The notes: a model not told the origin generated them from the sequence alone. A stretch of 64,000 nucleotides of DNA from an uncultured cyanobacterium (GCA_963719515.1 CAVRCJ010000007.1:1-64000); one strand, 5' to 3'; counted from the first letter of the stretch, positions 8,832 to 19,375 are shown. Program-made: numbers and translations.

Positions 8832-10310
8832 CTAAGGCTTAGGCACCCACACCGACACCGACCCAGCGCCGCAGGAAAAGTCAGCCCAGCCCTCATCGTT
8901 GGTGGTCACCGGTTCGCTAACGTTTTCAGTTAGGTCAGCGTAGGTAGCGTTGGGCTGCCCCACTTCCATCCACTTCGTGCCCGCATCGCCGTTGCTCAGC
9001 ACCACCGCCATCCCGCCAGGATTCTCCGCCGTACCCAGCCGCGTCCAGCCAATAGCATTGGCGTGGTCGAAATAGTCGTACTGGTCGCCATAGCCGTAGG
9101 CGTGGCGGGCCTGCAAAAACTTATCGATAATCCACTGGTGGCTGTCGAGCCAGATCTCCTGCTCGTCGCCGTTGCCGTCGGTATCGACGTAGTGCGCGCC
9201 GTAGTAGTCGGCGTAGAACAGGCAGGGATAGCCCTCCTGCCGCAGCAAGATCAGCGCGTAGGCCAGCGGCTTGAACCAGGACTCGACCACTGACTCTAGA
9301 GACTGCAGCGGCTGGGAGTCGTGGTTTTCCACCAGGGTGACGGCTAGGGCAGGCTGATGCTGCACCAGGGTGCCATCGAAGATGGTGCGCATGTCGTAGC
9401 CGTTGCCGGCCTTGCTGGCTTCGGTGAAGTTGTAGTGCAGCGGCGCGTCGAACAGGGTAACGTTCCCTTCGGTGACGTCGATGAAGTGGTGCAGCGCCTC
9501 GATTTCGTTGGACCAGTATTCGCCCACGGCAAATAGAGGCCTACCCACATAGCTGCGGCAGTGCTTTAGCCAGTCGGGGAAAAATCCAGCCCGCACGTGC
9601 TTCACGGCGTCAAAGCGGAAGCCATCGACATCTGTGGTATCGAGATACCATTCGCCCCACTGCTTCAGCGCGTCCTGCACTTCGGGGTGCCTCATGTCGA
9701 GGTCGCATCCCATCAGGTAGTCGAACACCCCTTTTTCCAGGTCCACATCGCTGTCAAACGTCTTGCCCTCGAACAGAAAAACTGAGTGGTTCCCATCGTC
9801 GTAGGCGTTGTAGTCTACCGCCGTGAAGTGCCACCAGTGCCACGCCATGTCGGAGTGTTTGCCGTCTCGACCGGGAAACGTGAAGTGGGTGTAGGCGTTG
9901 ATGGTGTGGGGCTCGCCGAGGGGCTCTAGCCGGTTGTCTGGGTTGAAGGGAGTCGCAGTAGCCTCTTCAGTGTCGTCTCCTCCCAGCATGTGGTTGAGCA
10001 CCACGTCGGCATAGACGCGGATGCCTGCAGACTTAGCGGCTTTGACGGCGGTAACGTACTCTTCCTTGGTGCCGTACTTGGTGCGCACCGAGCCCTTTTG
10101 GTCAAACTCGCCCAGGTCGTAGATGTCGTAGACGCCGTAGCCCACATCCTGATCGCCACCCACGGCTTTGTAGGCGGGAGGCAGCCACAGAGCCGTCACG
10201 CCAATGTCGGCTAATGCTTGGGCGCGATCGCTCAACTCAGACCACAGACTACCGTCAGCAGGCAGGTACCAATGAAAGTACTGCATCATGACACCGTTCA
10301 TTGCAGGCAT
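8832..10310 (-). CDS. amyA: cytoplasmic alpha-amylase (GH13)
   Basis: NGVMMQYFHWY, DVVLNH, DGFRFDAVKH, AVGEYW, ENHDSQP catalytic regions. Confidence 0.92.
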   Translation of the reverse strand: MPAMNGVMMQYFHWYLPADGSLWSELSDRAQALADIGVTALWLPPAYKAVGGDQDVGYGVYDIYDLGEFDQKGSVRTKYGTKEEYVTAVKAAKSAGIRVYADVVLNHMLGGDDTEEATATPFNPDNRLEPLGEPHTINAYTHFTFPGRDGKHSDMAWHWWHFTAVDYNAYDDGNHSVFLFEGKTFDSDVDLEKGVFDYLMGCDLDMRHPEVQDALKQWGEWYLDTTDVDGFRFDAVKHVRAGFFPDWLKHCRSYVGRPLFAVGEYWSNEIEALHHFIDVTEGNVTLFDAPLHYNFTEASKAGNGYDMRTIFDGTLVQHQPALAVTLVENHDSQPLQSLESVVESWFKPLAYALILLRQEGYPCLFYADYYGAHYVDTDGNGDEQEIWLDSHQWIIDKFLQARHAYGYGDQYDYFDHANAIGWTRLGTAENPGGMAVVLSNGDAGTKWMEVGQPNATYADLTENVSEPVTTNDEGWADFSCGAGSVSVWVPKP

Positions 10311-10595
10311 AGGTGAAGTCCTTCCCGTTCGCGGGAGAAGTTAAGCCCAGGTGATTTTTGGAGGATTGATTGGCAGTGGCCAAAAGCTGGCGGAGTAGAG
10401 GCTCTCGGTATCTTGCTCACACCGTATAATGGCATTTGGAGAAACGGAGCGATATCTATCCTGAGAGCTATCTTAAGAAGTGTAAAGACGCAAAAGGGCA
10501 AAAGAACCGATTAGAAGTGTCTCTCGCCGTTCACATTGGGGTATTAGGAGTGAACAACCGTCTAAGGATAGATTCTTAGGATTGAAAGTCGTGAC

Positions 10596-11886
10596 CAAAA
10601 AAACTGGGTCTCAAGCCCCGCCCTTTAGGGCGGCTTTTGTAGGACAATTGTATTTATGAAGTGCCGCTACCAGTACCGGGTCTATCCCACGTCCGGACAG
10701 CAGATCAGCTTAGCCAAGCTGTTTGGCTGCTGCCGTGTCGTGTGGAACGACGCCTTAGCACTGTGCAAGGAGTCGGATTCGCTGCCTAAGAATGGCGACC
10801 TTCAGAAGGCTTGCATCACGCAGGCCAAGAAAACGGTTGAGCGCCAGTGGCTGAGCGAGGTATCAAATATCCCGCTGCAGCAGTCCATCGCCGATTTGGG
10901 CGTAGCGTTCAAAAACTTCTTTGATTCGCTCAAAGGCAAGCGCAAAGGACCAAAGGTGATGCCGCCCCGGTTCAAGCGCAAAGACAACCGCCAGTCGGCG
11001 CGATTCCGCAAGGGCGGCTTCTCGCTCAAGGGCGACAAGGTCTATCTAGCCAAAATTGGCAACCTCAAGGTGCGCTGGTCGAGGCCGCTGCCGTCTGAGC
11101 CGTCATCCGTCACCGTCATCAAGGACAGAGCAGGCCGCTATCTTCTGAGCTTCGTTGTCGAAGTGCAGCCAGTCCACATTCGCGCTGAGAACCAAAGCGT
11201 GGGTGTGGACTTGGGTATCAAGACGTTCGCGGTGCTCAGCAGCGGCCAGCGCGTTGAGTCTCCTGGTTACGACCGCATTGGCCGCAAGATACGCCGTGAG
11301 CAGCGCAAGCTGAATAGGCGCTTCAAGGGGTCGAAGCGCCGTGAGCGCACCCGGCTGCGCATTGCTAAGCTAAAGGCCAAGCAGCGGGACATCCGCAAGG
11401 ATTTTCTGCATAAGCTCTCGACCTGGCTGATTCGCAACCATAGCGTTGTGGCTATTGAAGACCTGAACGTGTCCGGCATGGTCCGCAACCGCAAGTTGGC
11501 CCGCGCTATTGCGCAGCAGGGCTGGCGTGAACTGCGAACGATGTGTGAGGCCAAGGCCGCGATGATACTGGAACGCGAGGTATCGGTCATCAGCCGGTGG
11601 GAGCCGACTAGCCAGAAGTGTGCCGACTGCGGCTACCGCTGGGGCAAGCTGGACCTGTCGGTGCGCGAGCTGGTCTGCCTTGGTTGCGGCAAAACCCAAG
11701 ACCGGGACGGCAATGCTAGCCGCAATATTGAAACGTCTGGGCTGGAGCTAGCCCGAGACTCTAAACGGACGCGGAGCGGGCATAAGACCTCGTCAGGGGC
11801 AATTCGCGCTGAGGCGTCCACCCGTCGGGAGTCCACCTAGTGGGCAGACCGGGAATCCCCGCTCTTCAGGGCGGGGAGGATGTCAA
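10596..11886 (+). mobile_element. IS200/IS605-family (IS1341-type, tnpB-only) element, copy B, 1291 bp
   Basis: Near-identical inverted copy of 7389-8679; TGAC target at 10592-10595; ends in TCAA at 11883-11886. Confidence 0.92.
10656..11840 (+). CDS. tnpB: RNA-guided endonuclease TnpB
   Basis: Differs from copy A by 2 aa (GAK/GPK, WRD/WRE); RuvC intact. Confidence 0.95.
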   Translation: MKCRYQYRVYPTSGQQISLAKLFGCCRVVWNDALALCKESDSLPKNGDLQKACITQAKKTVERQWLSEVSNIPLQQSIADLGVAFKNFFDSLKGKRKGPKVMPPRFKRKDNRQSARFRKGGFSLKGDKVYLAKIGNLKVRWSRPLPSEPSSVTVIKDRAGRYLLSFVVEVQPVHIRAENQSVGVDLGIKTFAVLSSGQRVESPGYDRIGRKIRREQRKLNRRFKGSKRRERTRLRIAKLKAKQRDIRKDFLHKLSTWLIRNHSVVAIEDLNVSGMVRNRKLARAIAQQGWRELRTMCEAKAAMILEREVSVISRWEPTSQKCADCGYRWGKLDLSVRELVCLGCGKTQDRDGNASRNIETSGLELARDSKRTRSGHKTSSGAIRAEASTRREST

Positions 11887-11979
11887 AGTCTTAAGAGAAT
11901 CTAGAACAGAGTCCTTAGTATACTCAAAACATCGCCTGGCTTTACTGACGCGCCTTAACCTTACTGAGCGAGAGTAGCA

Positions 11980-14433
11980 ATGGCCAAAACTGCTCCACGC
12001 CTTAGGCCAATAGAAGGTGCCCTGACGAGTCGCCGAACGCCTCATCGTCTGCAGCGACTGACGCGCCTGAAGCTTATCTTCACGCTCGTGCTGGCGGTGC
12101 CCTTCATTCTTCAAGTCAGCCTGGCCATTGGCCTAACAAGCTGGCTGTTGCTAAAATCTCGCCAGCAGGCCGTCGAAGATATTACATCCCGCTTTGTCAG
12201 CGAGATCAGCAATCAGGTCTATGACAGACTTGGAGACTTCCTAGAGACGCCCCACACCGTCAATCAGATCAACGCCGATGCAGTGCGTCTTGGGCAGTTC
12301 GACACGAACAACGTTCGTAAAATAGAGCTGCGATTTTGGCGACAAATTCAGGTTTATGACTCCCTCACCTCAATTGGGTTTGGCCGCAAAGACGGAACGT
12401 TTGTCGCCGGCGATCGCCGCAATAGCAGCTTCCGCAGCGGCCACCGCGACAGCCGCTCGCCCGAGGGCAGAATTCACATCTATTACACCGACAAAGACGG
12501 CAATTATCTAGGGCTCGCTCATCGAAGTGACCCAAACTACGATTCCCGCCTGCGGCCCTGGTATCAAGCAGGCGCAGAAGCTGTTCAGGGGCGCTGGACA
12601 GACATTTTCGCCTATTCCTCTCAGCCCATCTACGTTCTCTCTGCGGTGCAGGCCTTTTATGATCAGTCCGGCACTTTTCAAGGCGTAGCCGTCACGGACT
12701 TGATGCTGTCACATATCAGTGATTTCCTGCGGAGCCTCGATATTGGAGAATCCGGTGAGGTTTTTATTGTGGAGCGATCGGGGACTTTAGTGGCCACGTC
12801 CACACCAGACGCTCCCTACGAGGTCGTCAATGACAAGGCGAGGCGGCTGCAGGCCACCGAGAGCTATTCCAAGCTGATCCGAACAACGGCCCAGTCGATG
12901 CAGCAAGAGTTTGGATTCTCGACTATCGATATCTCAAGTCAAGAAGACTTCACGCTAGACAATAAGCGATATTTCTGGCAAGTCCTGCCCTATAAGGACA
13001 ATCGGGGCCTAGATTGGCTCATTGTGGTGGTGCTGCCCGAGTCAGACCTCGCTGTGAATGCGAGCTACATTCGCTCGGCGATCGCCCTTGCTTTGGCCGC
13101 CTTTGTTTTGTCGCTACTGGTAGGCTGGCTTATTTTGCGCTCCTTCGTTCGCCCCATTGCCAACCTGGCGGCCACCGCTACAGACGTTGCCTCGGGCAGC
13201 GGCAAAAAAACCGGCAGCGTGAGCCGCCTAGATGACCTGGGCGCGGTGACGATGGCGTTCAACCGCATGTCGAGACAGCTTCAGTCGTCACTGCATATGC
13301 TCGAAGACCAAAAGGCGAAGCTAGCGGAAGCCCAACAGCTGGCGCAGCTAGGAAGCTGGGACTACGACGTTGATAGAGATGAGTTTTCCTGCTCGGACGA
13401 GCTCTATCGGATTTTTGGGCTAGAGCCGGACACAGGCCACATTGCCCCGCTAACCATTGCCCAGCTCTACCAGCGCATACACCTGGAAGACCGCCCCCGG
13501 GTCAATACGCTGGTGCGTCAGGCCGTCCGCGATCGCATCCCAGTGGAGATGGATTACCGCATTCTTCAGCCCAGCGGCGGCTTTCGATACCTCTACAGTA
13601 AAGGGCGTCCGATAGCAGACGAGTCGGGCCGCGTCGTTCGCATGATCGGCACCATGATGGATATTACAGCGCGCAAATCTGCCAAAGCGGCGCTGGAGGC
13701 GAAGGCCCAAGAGCTCTCTACCGCCAATGACCTGTTGACCCAGGCGAAGCTTCATTTGGAGCGCCGCAACCAAGACCTCGATCGCTTTACCTATGCGGTG
13801 TCGCATGATCTGAAAGCTCCGCTGCGCGCCATTGACCAGCTGTCGACCTGGATTGAGGAAGACTTAGACGGCCAGCTGCCTGCTGATAACAAGGCTCAAC
13901 TGCGGCTGCTGCGACAGCGTGTGGCGAGAATGAAGGCGCTCATCAATGGGCTGCTGGACTTTTCCCGCGTTGGGCGGTCCAACGTTGTGGTGGAAGCGGT
14001 GGACCTCAACCGGCTGCTAGCGGAAGTCATTGACTCTCTTGCCCCGCCAAAGACATTTACGGTTCAGGTGCCGCCAGACTTACCTATCATCAACGCTAGG
14101 CGACTGTCCCTCCAGCAAGTGTTTGCCAATTTGATCAGTAACGCCATCAAGCATAGCGATCGCCCTGACGGGATAATTACAATTACGTTTGCTGAACAAA
14201 GCGAACAATACAATTTTTCTGTGGCGGACAACGGTCCTGGCATTGCAGCTGAGCACCACGAGCGCATCTTTAGCATCTTTGAAACCCTCAAGTCTCGCGA
14301 CAGCGTGGAGAATACGGGTATTGGGCTGACGTTGGTAAAGAAAATTGTGGAGACGGAAGGCGGGAAAATTACGGTTGAGTCCAATCTGGGCCATGGAGCG
14401 ACCTTCCGGTTCACCTGGCCGAAGCTGGCCTAA
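11980..14433 (+). CDS. membrane sensor histidine kinase (dCache-HAMP-PAS-HisKA-HATPase)
   Basis: Two TM segments around a YDSRLRPWY Cache domain, HAMP, LGSWDYD..IHLEDR PAS, SHDLKAPLR H-box, NLISNAIKH, DNGPGI, GIGL. Confidence 0.92.
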   Translation: MAKTAPRLRPIEGALTSRRTPHRLQRLTRLKLIFTLVLAVPFILQVSLAIGLTSWLLLKSRQQAVEDITSRFVSEISNQVYDRLGDFLETPHTVNQINADAVRLGQFDTNNVRKIELRFWRQIQVYDSLTSIGFGRKDGTFVAGDRRNSSFRSGHRDSRSPEGRIHIYYTDKDGNYLGLAHRSDPNYDSRLRPWYQAGAEAVQGRWTDIFAYSSQPIYVLSAVQAFYDQSGTFQGVAVTDLMLSHISDFLRSLDIGESGEVFIVERSGTLVATSTPDAPYEVVNDKARRLQATESYSKLIRTTAQSMQQEFGFSTIDISSQEDFTLDNKRYFWQVLPYKDNRGLDWLIVVVLPESDLAVNASYIRSAIALALAAFVLSLLVGWLILRSFVRPIANLAATATDVASGSGKKTGSVSRLDDLGAVTMAFNRMSRQLQSSLHMLEDQKAKLAEAQQLAQLGSWDYDVDRDEFSCSDELYRIFGLEPDTGHIAPLTIAQLYQRIHLEDRPRVNTLVRQAVRDRIPVEMDYRILQPSGGFRYLYSKGRPIADESGRVVRMIGTMMDITARKSAKAALEAKAQELSTANDLLTQAKLHLERRNQDLDRFTYAVSHDLKAPLRAIDQLSTWIEEDLDGQLPADNKAQLRLLRQRVARMKALINGLLDFSRVGRSNVVVEAVDLNRLLAEVIDSLAPPKTFTVQVPPDLPIINARRLSLQQVFANLISNAIKHSDRPDGIITITFAEQSEQYNFSVADNGPGIAAEHHERIFSIFETLKSRDSVENTGIGLTLVKKIVETEGGKITVESNLGHGATFRFTWPKLA

Positions 14434-14505
14434 GCCCTCAAAGCCCCACCCATCTACAGCTGCTATCTTAGTAGCGTGCCACCCGAAAAATATTAACTAT
14501 CGACT

Positions 14506-15489
14506 ATGCCGCTACGCCATCCTCTTACTGCTCTGCTCGCCGCCGCCACCCTTCTCAGCGCCTGCTCAGCAGTTGCCACACCGGCAAACGTCACCATCAC
14601 CCCCCTCGGTAGCCACGACGGCGAGTTCTGCGCCCGCGATCGCGCCCTTGTTCTCGAAGATCCCAGCGGGCTCCGCATCCTCTACGACGCCGGCAGAACC
14701 GTCGCCGGGGCCGACGACCCGCGCTTGGGCGACATCGACGTTGTGCTGGTGAGCCACGTTCATGGCGATCACTTAGGCGATCGCCGCATTGAGGCGGTCA
14801 ATGACGGCACCTGCGCCCAGCCTCAAACCGACGTACCCACCACCCCCAACTCCAACAGCGTCGAGATTGCTGTGGGTCAGGGGGCCCGCATAATTGTGGG
14901 CAGCGAGATGGCTAGCTTCCTCTCCAACAAGGTCGCTGGGCTGGGGGGCGATCCGGAATCTGTACAGCTGGTGCGTTTTGGGGCATCGCGCGAGGTGGAG
15001 GGCGTTAGCTTTACCACGGTGCCCGCCGTCCATTCCAACGGTCTCAGCGGCGATTTCATCGAGGGTGAGCTAGGGGAGAGCCTCAGCGATGCCGGGTTGA
15101 GCGCCTATGTAGGGCCACCGACGGGATACGTGATTACATTTTCCAACGGGTTGGTGGTCTATCTCTCTGGCGATACGGGCGTCACCGCCGAACAAGAAAC
15201 GGTAGTGGCGGGGCAGTATGGCGCTGAGCTGGTGGTGATCAACATTGGCGATACCTTTACCACCGGGCCAGCGGAAGCGGCCTACGTGATTGACGAGCTG
15301 ATTCAGCCCACTGCCGCGATCGCCTCCCACGCCAATGAAGCGGCGACAGAAGGCGGTGCGGTGCTGCCGGAGACGAGAACGGCAACCTTTATTGACGCGA
15401 CAGAAACCCCGGTTTACGTTCCCCTGAGCGGTAGCGCAATGTCGTTCGACGCCGAGGGGAACTGCAGTGAGGGATGCACAGCTCCATAA
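14506..15489 (+). CDS. MBL-fold metallo-hydrolase, probable lipoprotein
   Basis: LLSAC lipobox; SHVHGDH (HxHxDH), AVHS, YLSGDT. Confidence 0.85.
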   Translation: MPLRHPLTALLAAATLLSACSAVATPANVTITPLGSHDGEFCARDRALVLEDPSGLRILYDAGRTVAGADDPRLGDIDVVLVSHVHGDHLGDRRIEAVNDGTCAQPQTDVPTTPNSNSVEIAVGQGARIIVGSEMASFLSNKVAGLGGDPESVQLVRFGASREVEGVSFTTVPAVHSNGLSGDFIEGELGESLSDAGLSAYVGPPTGYVITFSNGLVVYLSGDTGVTAEQETVVAGQYGAELVVINIGDTFTTGPAEAAYVIDELIQPTAAIASHANEAATEGGAVLPETRTATFIDATETPVYVPLSGSAMSFDAEGNCSEGCTAP

Positions 15490-15497
15490 CAAGCCCC

Positions 15498-16613
15498 ATG
15501 ACACCAATTAAAAAGTCGGACTTCACGCTACAGCCCTACATGAGGAGCAACGACCTGCGGGCCACGGCCCAGGTGCTCAACACCGTTTTGCCCTACCTCC
15601 TGCTGTGGGCGATCGCCATCAGGGCCGCGTCCATTTCCCTATGGCTTTTGCCGCCCCTGATGGTGCTCATGGTGCTGTTTTCGACCCGGTGCTTTTCGCT
15701 GATGCATGACTGCGGCCATTACTCCCTGTTCACCTCTAAGCGGGTCAACAGGGCCGTTGGGTTCGGCTTCGGTGTCCTAAACGCCATTCCCCAATACCCT
15801 TGGTCGAGGGGACATGCCTATCACCACAAGACGAACGGGGACTGGGAGCGATATACGGGGCCGTCGATGCTCATTTCCACTGAAGAATTTGAAAAGCTGA
15901 CGCCGTTGGCTCAGTGGCGCTATGAGGCCGTGAGGCACCCTATCATGCTGTTGCCGTGGGGCTTTTTCTACCTGGCGATCAAGTCGAGGGTAGCCCTGAT
16001 TGCTGGAGCCTGGGGGTTTGTCTGTCACGCCTTAAGCTGTCTTAGAAAAGACTTTAAGATGAGTCCGTCGGCGATCGTTCACTCTTACAAATCGAAGCAT
16101 TGGTATACAGAAGCTGAGTTCTGGGATCTGCTCTTCAACAACATTTTCGTTGTGGGGAGCTGGGTTGCTTTGGGCTACTTCCTGGAAGCAAAGCTGTTCT
16201 TTGCTGTTTACTTTATTGTCTTAACGCTTTCCGCTGCGGTTTTTATCTACTTCTTTTTTGTCCAGCACAATTTTGAAGGCTCTTACGCCCACAAAACAGA
16301 GGGCTGGGACTATTTACTGGGCGCAATTGAGGGCAGCAGCTATCTGGAGCTGCCCCCAATTCTCAGATGGTTTTGTGCCGATATTGGCTATCACAACATT
16401 CATCACCTGTCTGAGAGAATCCCTAACTACAACCTGGAGGCCTGCCACCGGGCCAATAGTCATCTTCTCTCGGGGATAAAGACGCTCAGAATTTGGGATA
16501 TGCCGGCCTGCGCCAAGTTCATTCTTTGGGATGTAGATTCGAAGATCCTGGTCTCTATCGAAGACCATCGTCGGAGCGTCGAGATGAGAGCTATGGCGCT
16601 CAACAACGCCTGA
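15498..16613 (+). CDS. membrane fatty acid desaturase
   Basis: Three histidine boxes HDCGH, HAYHH, HNIHH; hydrophobic segments. Confidence 0.9.
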   Translation: MTPIKKSDFTLQPYMRSNDLRATAQVLNTVLPYLLLWAIAIRAASISLWLLPPLMVLMVLFSTRCFSLMHDCGHYSLFTSKRVNRAVGFGFGVLNAIPQYPWSRGHAYHHKTNGDWERYTGPSMLISTEEFEKLTPLAQWRYEAVRHPIMLLPWGFFYLAIKSRVALIAGAWGFVCHALSCLRKDFKMSPSAIVHSYKSKHWYTEAEFWDLLFNNIFVVGSWVALGYFLEAKLFFAVYFIVLTLSAAVFIYFFFVQHNFEGSYAHKTEGWDYLLGAIEGSSYLELPPILRWFCADIGYHNIHHLSERIPNYNLEACHRANSHLLSGIKTLRIWDMPACAKFILWDVDSKILVSIEDHRRSVEMRAMALNNA

Positions 16614-16749
16614 AGTCGGGGTGCCCGCAGCCTACCTTGCCCCAGTCGAGCCCTCTCTACAGCCCGAATCACAGCCTGGCGCTGAGCAGAGTCGATAAAT
16701 CCATAGCAGAATAAGGGAGCCTGACTTTTTGAGGTAGCGCCAAAGGATT

Positions 16750-18249
16750 ATGCAAAGCACAAGCGACGACTTGAGTAGGGTTTCGACGGGCATTCCACTA
16801 CTCGATCGAATCATCTGCGGCGGTCTGCCCAGAGGAGAGCTGTACGTCGTCAACGGAGAGCCGGGAGTCGGCAAGACGGTTTTAGCGCTGCACTTTCTCA
16901 AAGCAGGCGTCGAAGCCGGAGAAACAGCCCTCTGCATTGCCCTCTCCCAGCGGGTTGAGAGTCTTCGTCAGACTGCTGCCTCCGTAGGCATTGACACAAC
17001 TAATATCCTGTTTCGAGAATTGAGCAGCGCCGAGGCTCTCGAATCGCTGACCACCAGGCAAACGGTCTTTGACACCTCCGAGTTTGATCTGGAGAACACA
17101 ATGGCCTCCTTCACCCAGGCGATTGAGTCGGTGCATCCCCAGCGAGTGGTGTTTGACAGCATCTCTTACCTGCGGATGCTGGCCAGCAATCCCCTTAGCT
17201 ATCGGCGGCAGCTGCTAATTCTACGGGACTACATGGCGAGCCGAGACATCACCGTGCTGCTCACTGACACCCCAGAGCTAGCGCCGGGAAACAGCGAGCT
17301 GATTGCGCTTGCCCACGGCGTTTTGACCTTGTCTATTGATACCACCACCTCCGGCAGCGACTACCGCTACCTAAAAATCGCCAAGATTCGCGGCAGTGGC
17401 TACCAGCAGGGCATCCACAACGTCGAGATTTCAGAGCAGGGGATGCAGGTCTATCCCCTCTATGGCCACGGATCCGAACCCGAGCATCAGCCCCTCGATT
17501 GCCAAGTGACCAGCGGCACCTCCGAGCTAGACGAGCTGCTCGGCGGCGGCTTGCTCTCGGGGACGTCTTGTCTGCTACTAGGGCCTTCCGGTGCCGGAAA
17601 AACCTCCATCGCGACCATGTTTGCCCACAATCTGATACAGCAGGGGGGCAAAGCCAGCGTATTTCTCTTTGATGAGTTGGCCACCACGTTTTTGGCTCGC
17701 TCTCAGGGCTTGAGTATCGGTTTCGATAGCGATAAGCATTCAGGGCAATTTCGCCTTCATGAGCTAGGGCTGGGCAACATCACTCCCGGAAAGTTTGCCT
17801 ACTTGGTTGAGCAAGATGTGATGGAATGGGGCGCGAAAATTATCGTGATTGATAGCCTGACCGGCTATCTCAACGCCATGCCCAATTCCAAAATGCTGCT
17901 CACTCAAATGCATGAGCTGATGAAGGCGCTAAGTCGGCAGGGTGTCTTGACAATACTGATAGTTGGTCAGCACGGCGTTTTGGGCTCTGACACCAATCAA
18001 GACGTGGATATCAGCTACCTCGCCGATACGGTCCTGATGCTGCGCTACTTCGAAGCCGCTGGAACGCTGCGCCGCGCCATTAGCGTTTATAAAAAGCGCT
18101 ATGGTACCCATGAGCAGGGTATTCGCGAAATGCGCATGAACTCAAACGGCGTTCAAGTGGGCGATTTGCTAGATCAGTTTACGGGCATCCTCTCTGGCCA
18201 ACCCACCTACGTCGGCAGCGCCAGAGAGTTAATTGAAATCCATGAGTAG
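16750..18249 (+). CDS. KaiC-like double RecA-domain ATPase (not the canonical clock KaiC)
   Basis: STGIPLLD, GEPGVGKT, VVFDS, KIRGS; second domain SGTSELD, GPSGAGKT, IVIDS, SYLADTV, KKR; no kaiA or kaiB adjacent. Confidence 0.88.
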   Translation: MQSTSDDLSRVSTGIPLLDRIICGGLPRGELYVVNGEPGVGKTVLALHFLKAGVEAGETALCIALSQRVESLRQTAASVGIDTTNILFRELSSAEALESLTTRQTVFDTSEFDLENTMASFTQAIESVHPQRVVFDSISYLRMLASNPLSYRRQLLILRDYMASRDITVLLTDTPELAPGNSELIALAHGVLTLSIDTTTSGSDYRYLKIAKIRGSGYQQGIHNVEISEQGMQVYPLYGHGSEPEHQPLDCQVTSGTSELDELLGGGLLSGTSCLLLGPSGAGKTSIATMFAHNLIQQGGKASVFLFDELATTFLARSQGLSIGFDSDKHSGQFRLHELGLGNITPGKFAYLVEQDVMEWGAKIIVIDSLTGYLNAMPNSKMLLTQMHELMKALSRQGVLTILIVGQHGVLGSDTNQDVDISYLADTVLMLRYFEAAGTLRRAISVYKKRYGTHEQGIREMRMNSNGVQVGDLLDQFTGILSGQPTYVGSARELIEIHE

Positions 18250-19375
18250 CGCTACTGCATTACCTACCGATTGTGGTTCCATTGTGCTCAGTGCCCAGCT
18301 GCCGCAGAACACTGAGGCTATGGAGCGGGTGCTCGAGGAGCAGGGGTTCTCCTGCGCGATCGCCCCAACGATCGCTGCAGTTGTGGGCGCGATTCAGGCG
18401 GAGGTCGATTTGGTAATTTTGACCGAAGATGTACTGGCCATAGGCGGCGCAATCGATCAGCTCGTAGCCGGTCTAAACCAGCAGCCTGAGTGGTCCGATA
18501 TTCCCGTCATCTTTTTGCTCAAAGACTGTCGGCGGTTTCCGGCTTGCCTAGTGGCGCTGCAGGGGGCCCAGCGCCAAGGAGGGCTTACCCTACTCGAAAT
18601 TCCGCTCCAGCCCTACCGCTTTGTCTCCGTCGTGCGCGCCTGCCTGCAGCATCGCCAGCAGCAGTATAAGCTACGAGACACGCTGCAGCAGCTCAGAGAA
18701 AGCAACCAGGAGCTAGAGAGCTTCGGCTACGCAGCGGCCCACGACCTCAAGGCACCGCTGCGCGGTATTCACAATCTTTCGACGTGGCTGTCTGAGGACT
18801 TAAGCGGGGTAATTCCAGCCGAGAGCCAGGAGCAGCTCCAGATGTTGGGGCAGCGGGTTGAGCGCATGGAGGCGCTGCTCAATGATTTGCTGGAGTATTC
18901 CCGCATAGGGCGCACCAACCAGAAAATCGAGCCGATCGACGTCGGGGCGCTAGTTCAAGAGCTGTTGACTGCCTTTCAAGCGCCCCCTGAGATCGCCATT
19001 CAGCTCATAGCCCCGTTTCCCACCTTAGAGGGGAGGTCGCTGCGGCTGCGCCGGGTTTTCTCCAATCTCATCAGCAATGCCATCAAGTACGGGTGCGCCA
19101 ATCAGCAGGGTGAGATCACCCTCTCCGCTGAGGATCGTTCGTCTTACTATGAGTTTGCGATCGCTGACAACGGTCCCGGCATTGACCCGGCCTACCACGA
19201 GAAGATATTTGGCATTTTTGAGACCCTACAGCCTACCGATGCAGACAGCACGGGCATTGGGCTTGCGATCGTCAAGAAGCTCGTTGAGGTAGAAGGCGGC
19301 AGTGTTCGAATTGAGTCTGAAAATGGCGAAGGCACGACGTTTTACTTTACCTGGCCAAAGCAGGCGTGGCCATAG
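18242..19375 (+). CDS. histidine kinase with degenerate N-terminal receiver-like domain
   Basis: LVILTED/QPEWSDIPVIFL REC-like region; AHDLKAPLR, NLISNAIKY, DNGPGI; ATG overlaps the last 8 nt of the KaiC-like gene. Confidence 0.88.
   Translation: MSSATALPTDCGSIVLSAQLPQNTEAMERVLEEQGFSCAIAPTIAAVVGAIQAEVDLVILTEDVLAIGGAIDQLVAGLNQQPEWSDIPVIFLLKDCRRFPACLVALQGAQRQGGLTLLEIPLQPYRFVSVVRACLQHRQQQYKLRDTLQQLRESNQELESFGYAAAHDLKAPLRGIHNLSTWLSEDLSGVIPAESQEQLQMLGQRVERMEALLNDLLEYSRIGRTNQKIEPIDVGALVQELLTAFQAPPEIAIQLIAPFPTLEGRSLRLRRVFSNLISNAIKYGCANQQGEITLSAEDRSSYYEFAIADNGPGIDPAYHEKIFGIFETLQPTDADSTGIGLAIVKKLVEVEGGSVRIESENGEGTTFYFTWPKQAWP

Noticed and set aside
7389..11886. Composite transposon carrying amyA
   Set aside because: IS200/IS605 transposition needs a left and a right end on the same strand; here both outer ends are right ends on opposite strands
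16750..18249. Circadian clock kaiC
   Set aside because: No kaiA or kaiB, no ST phosphosites or EE pairs, and coupled to a kinase instead
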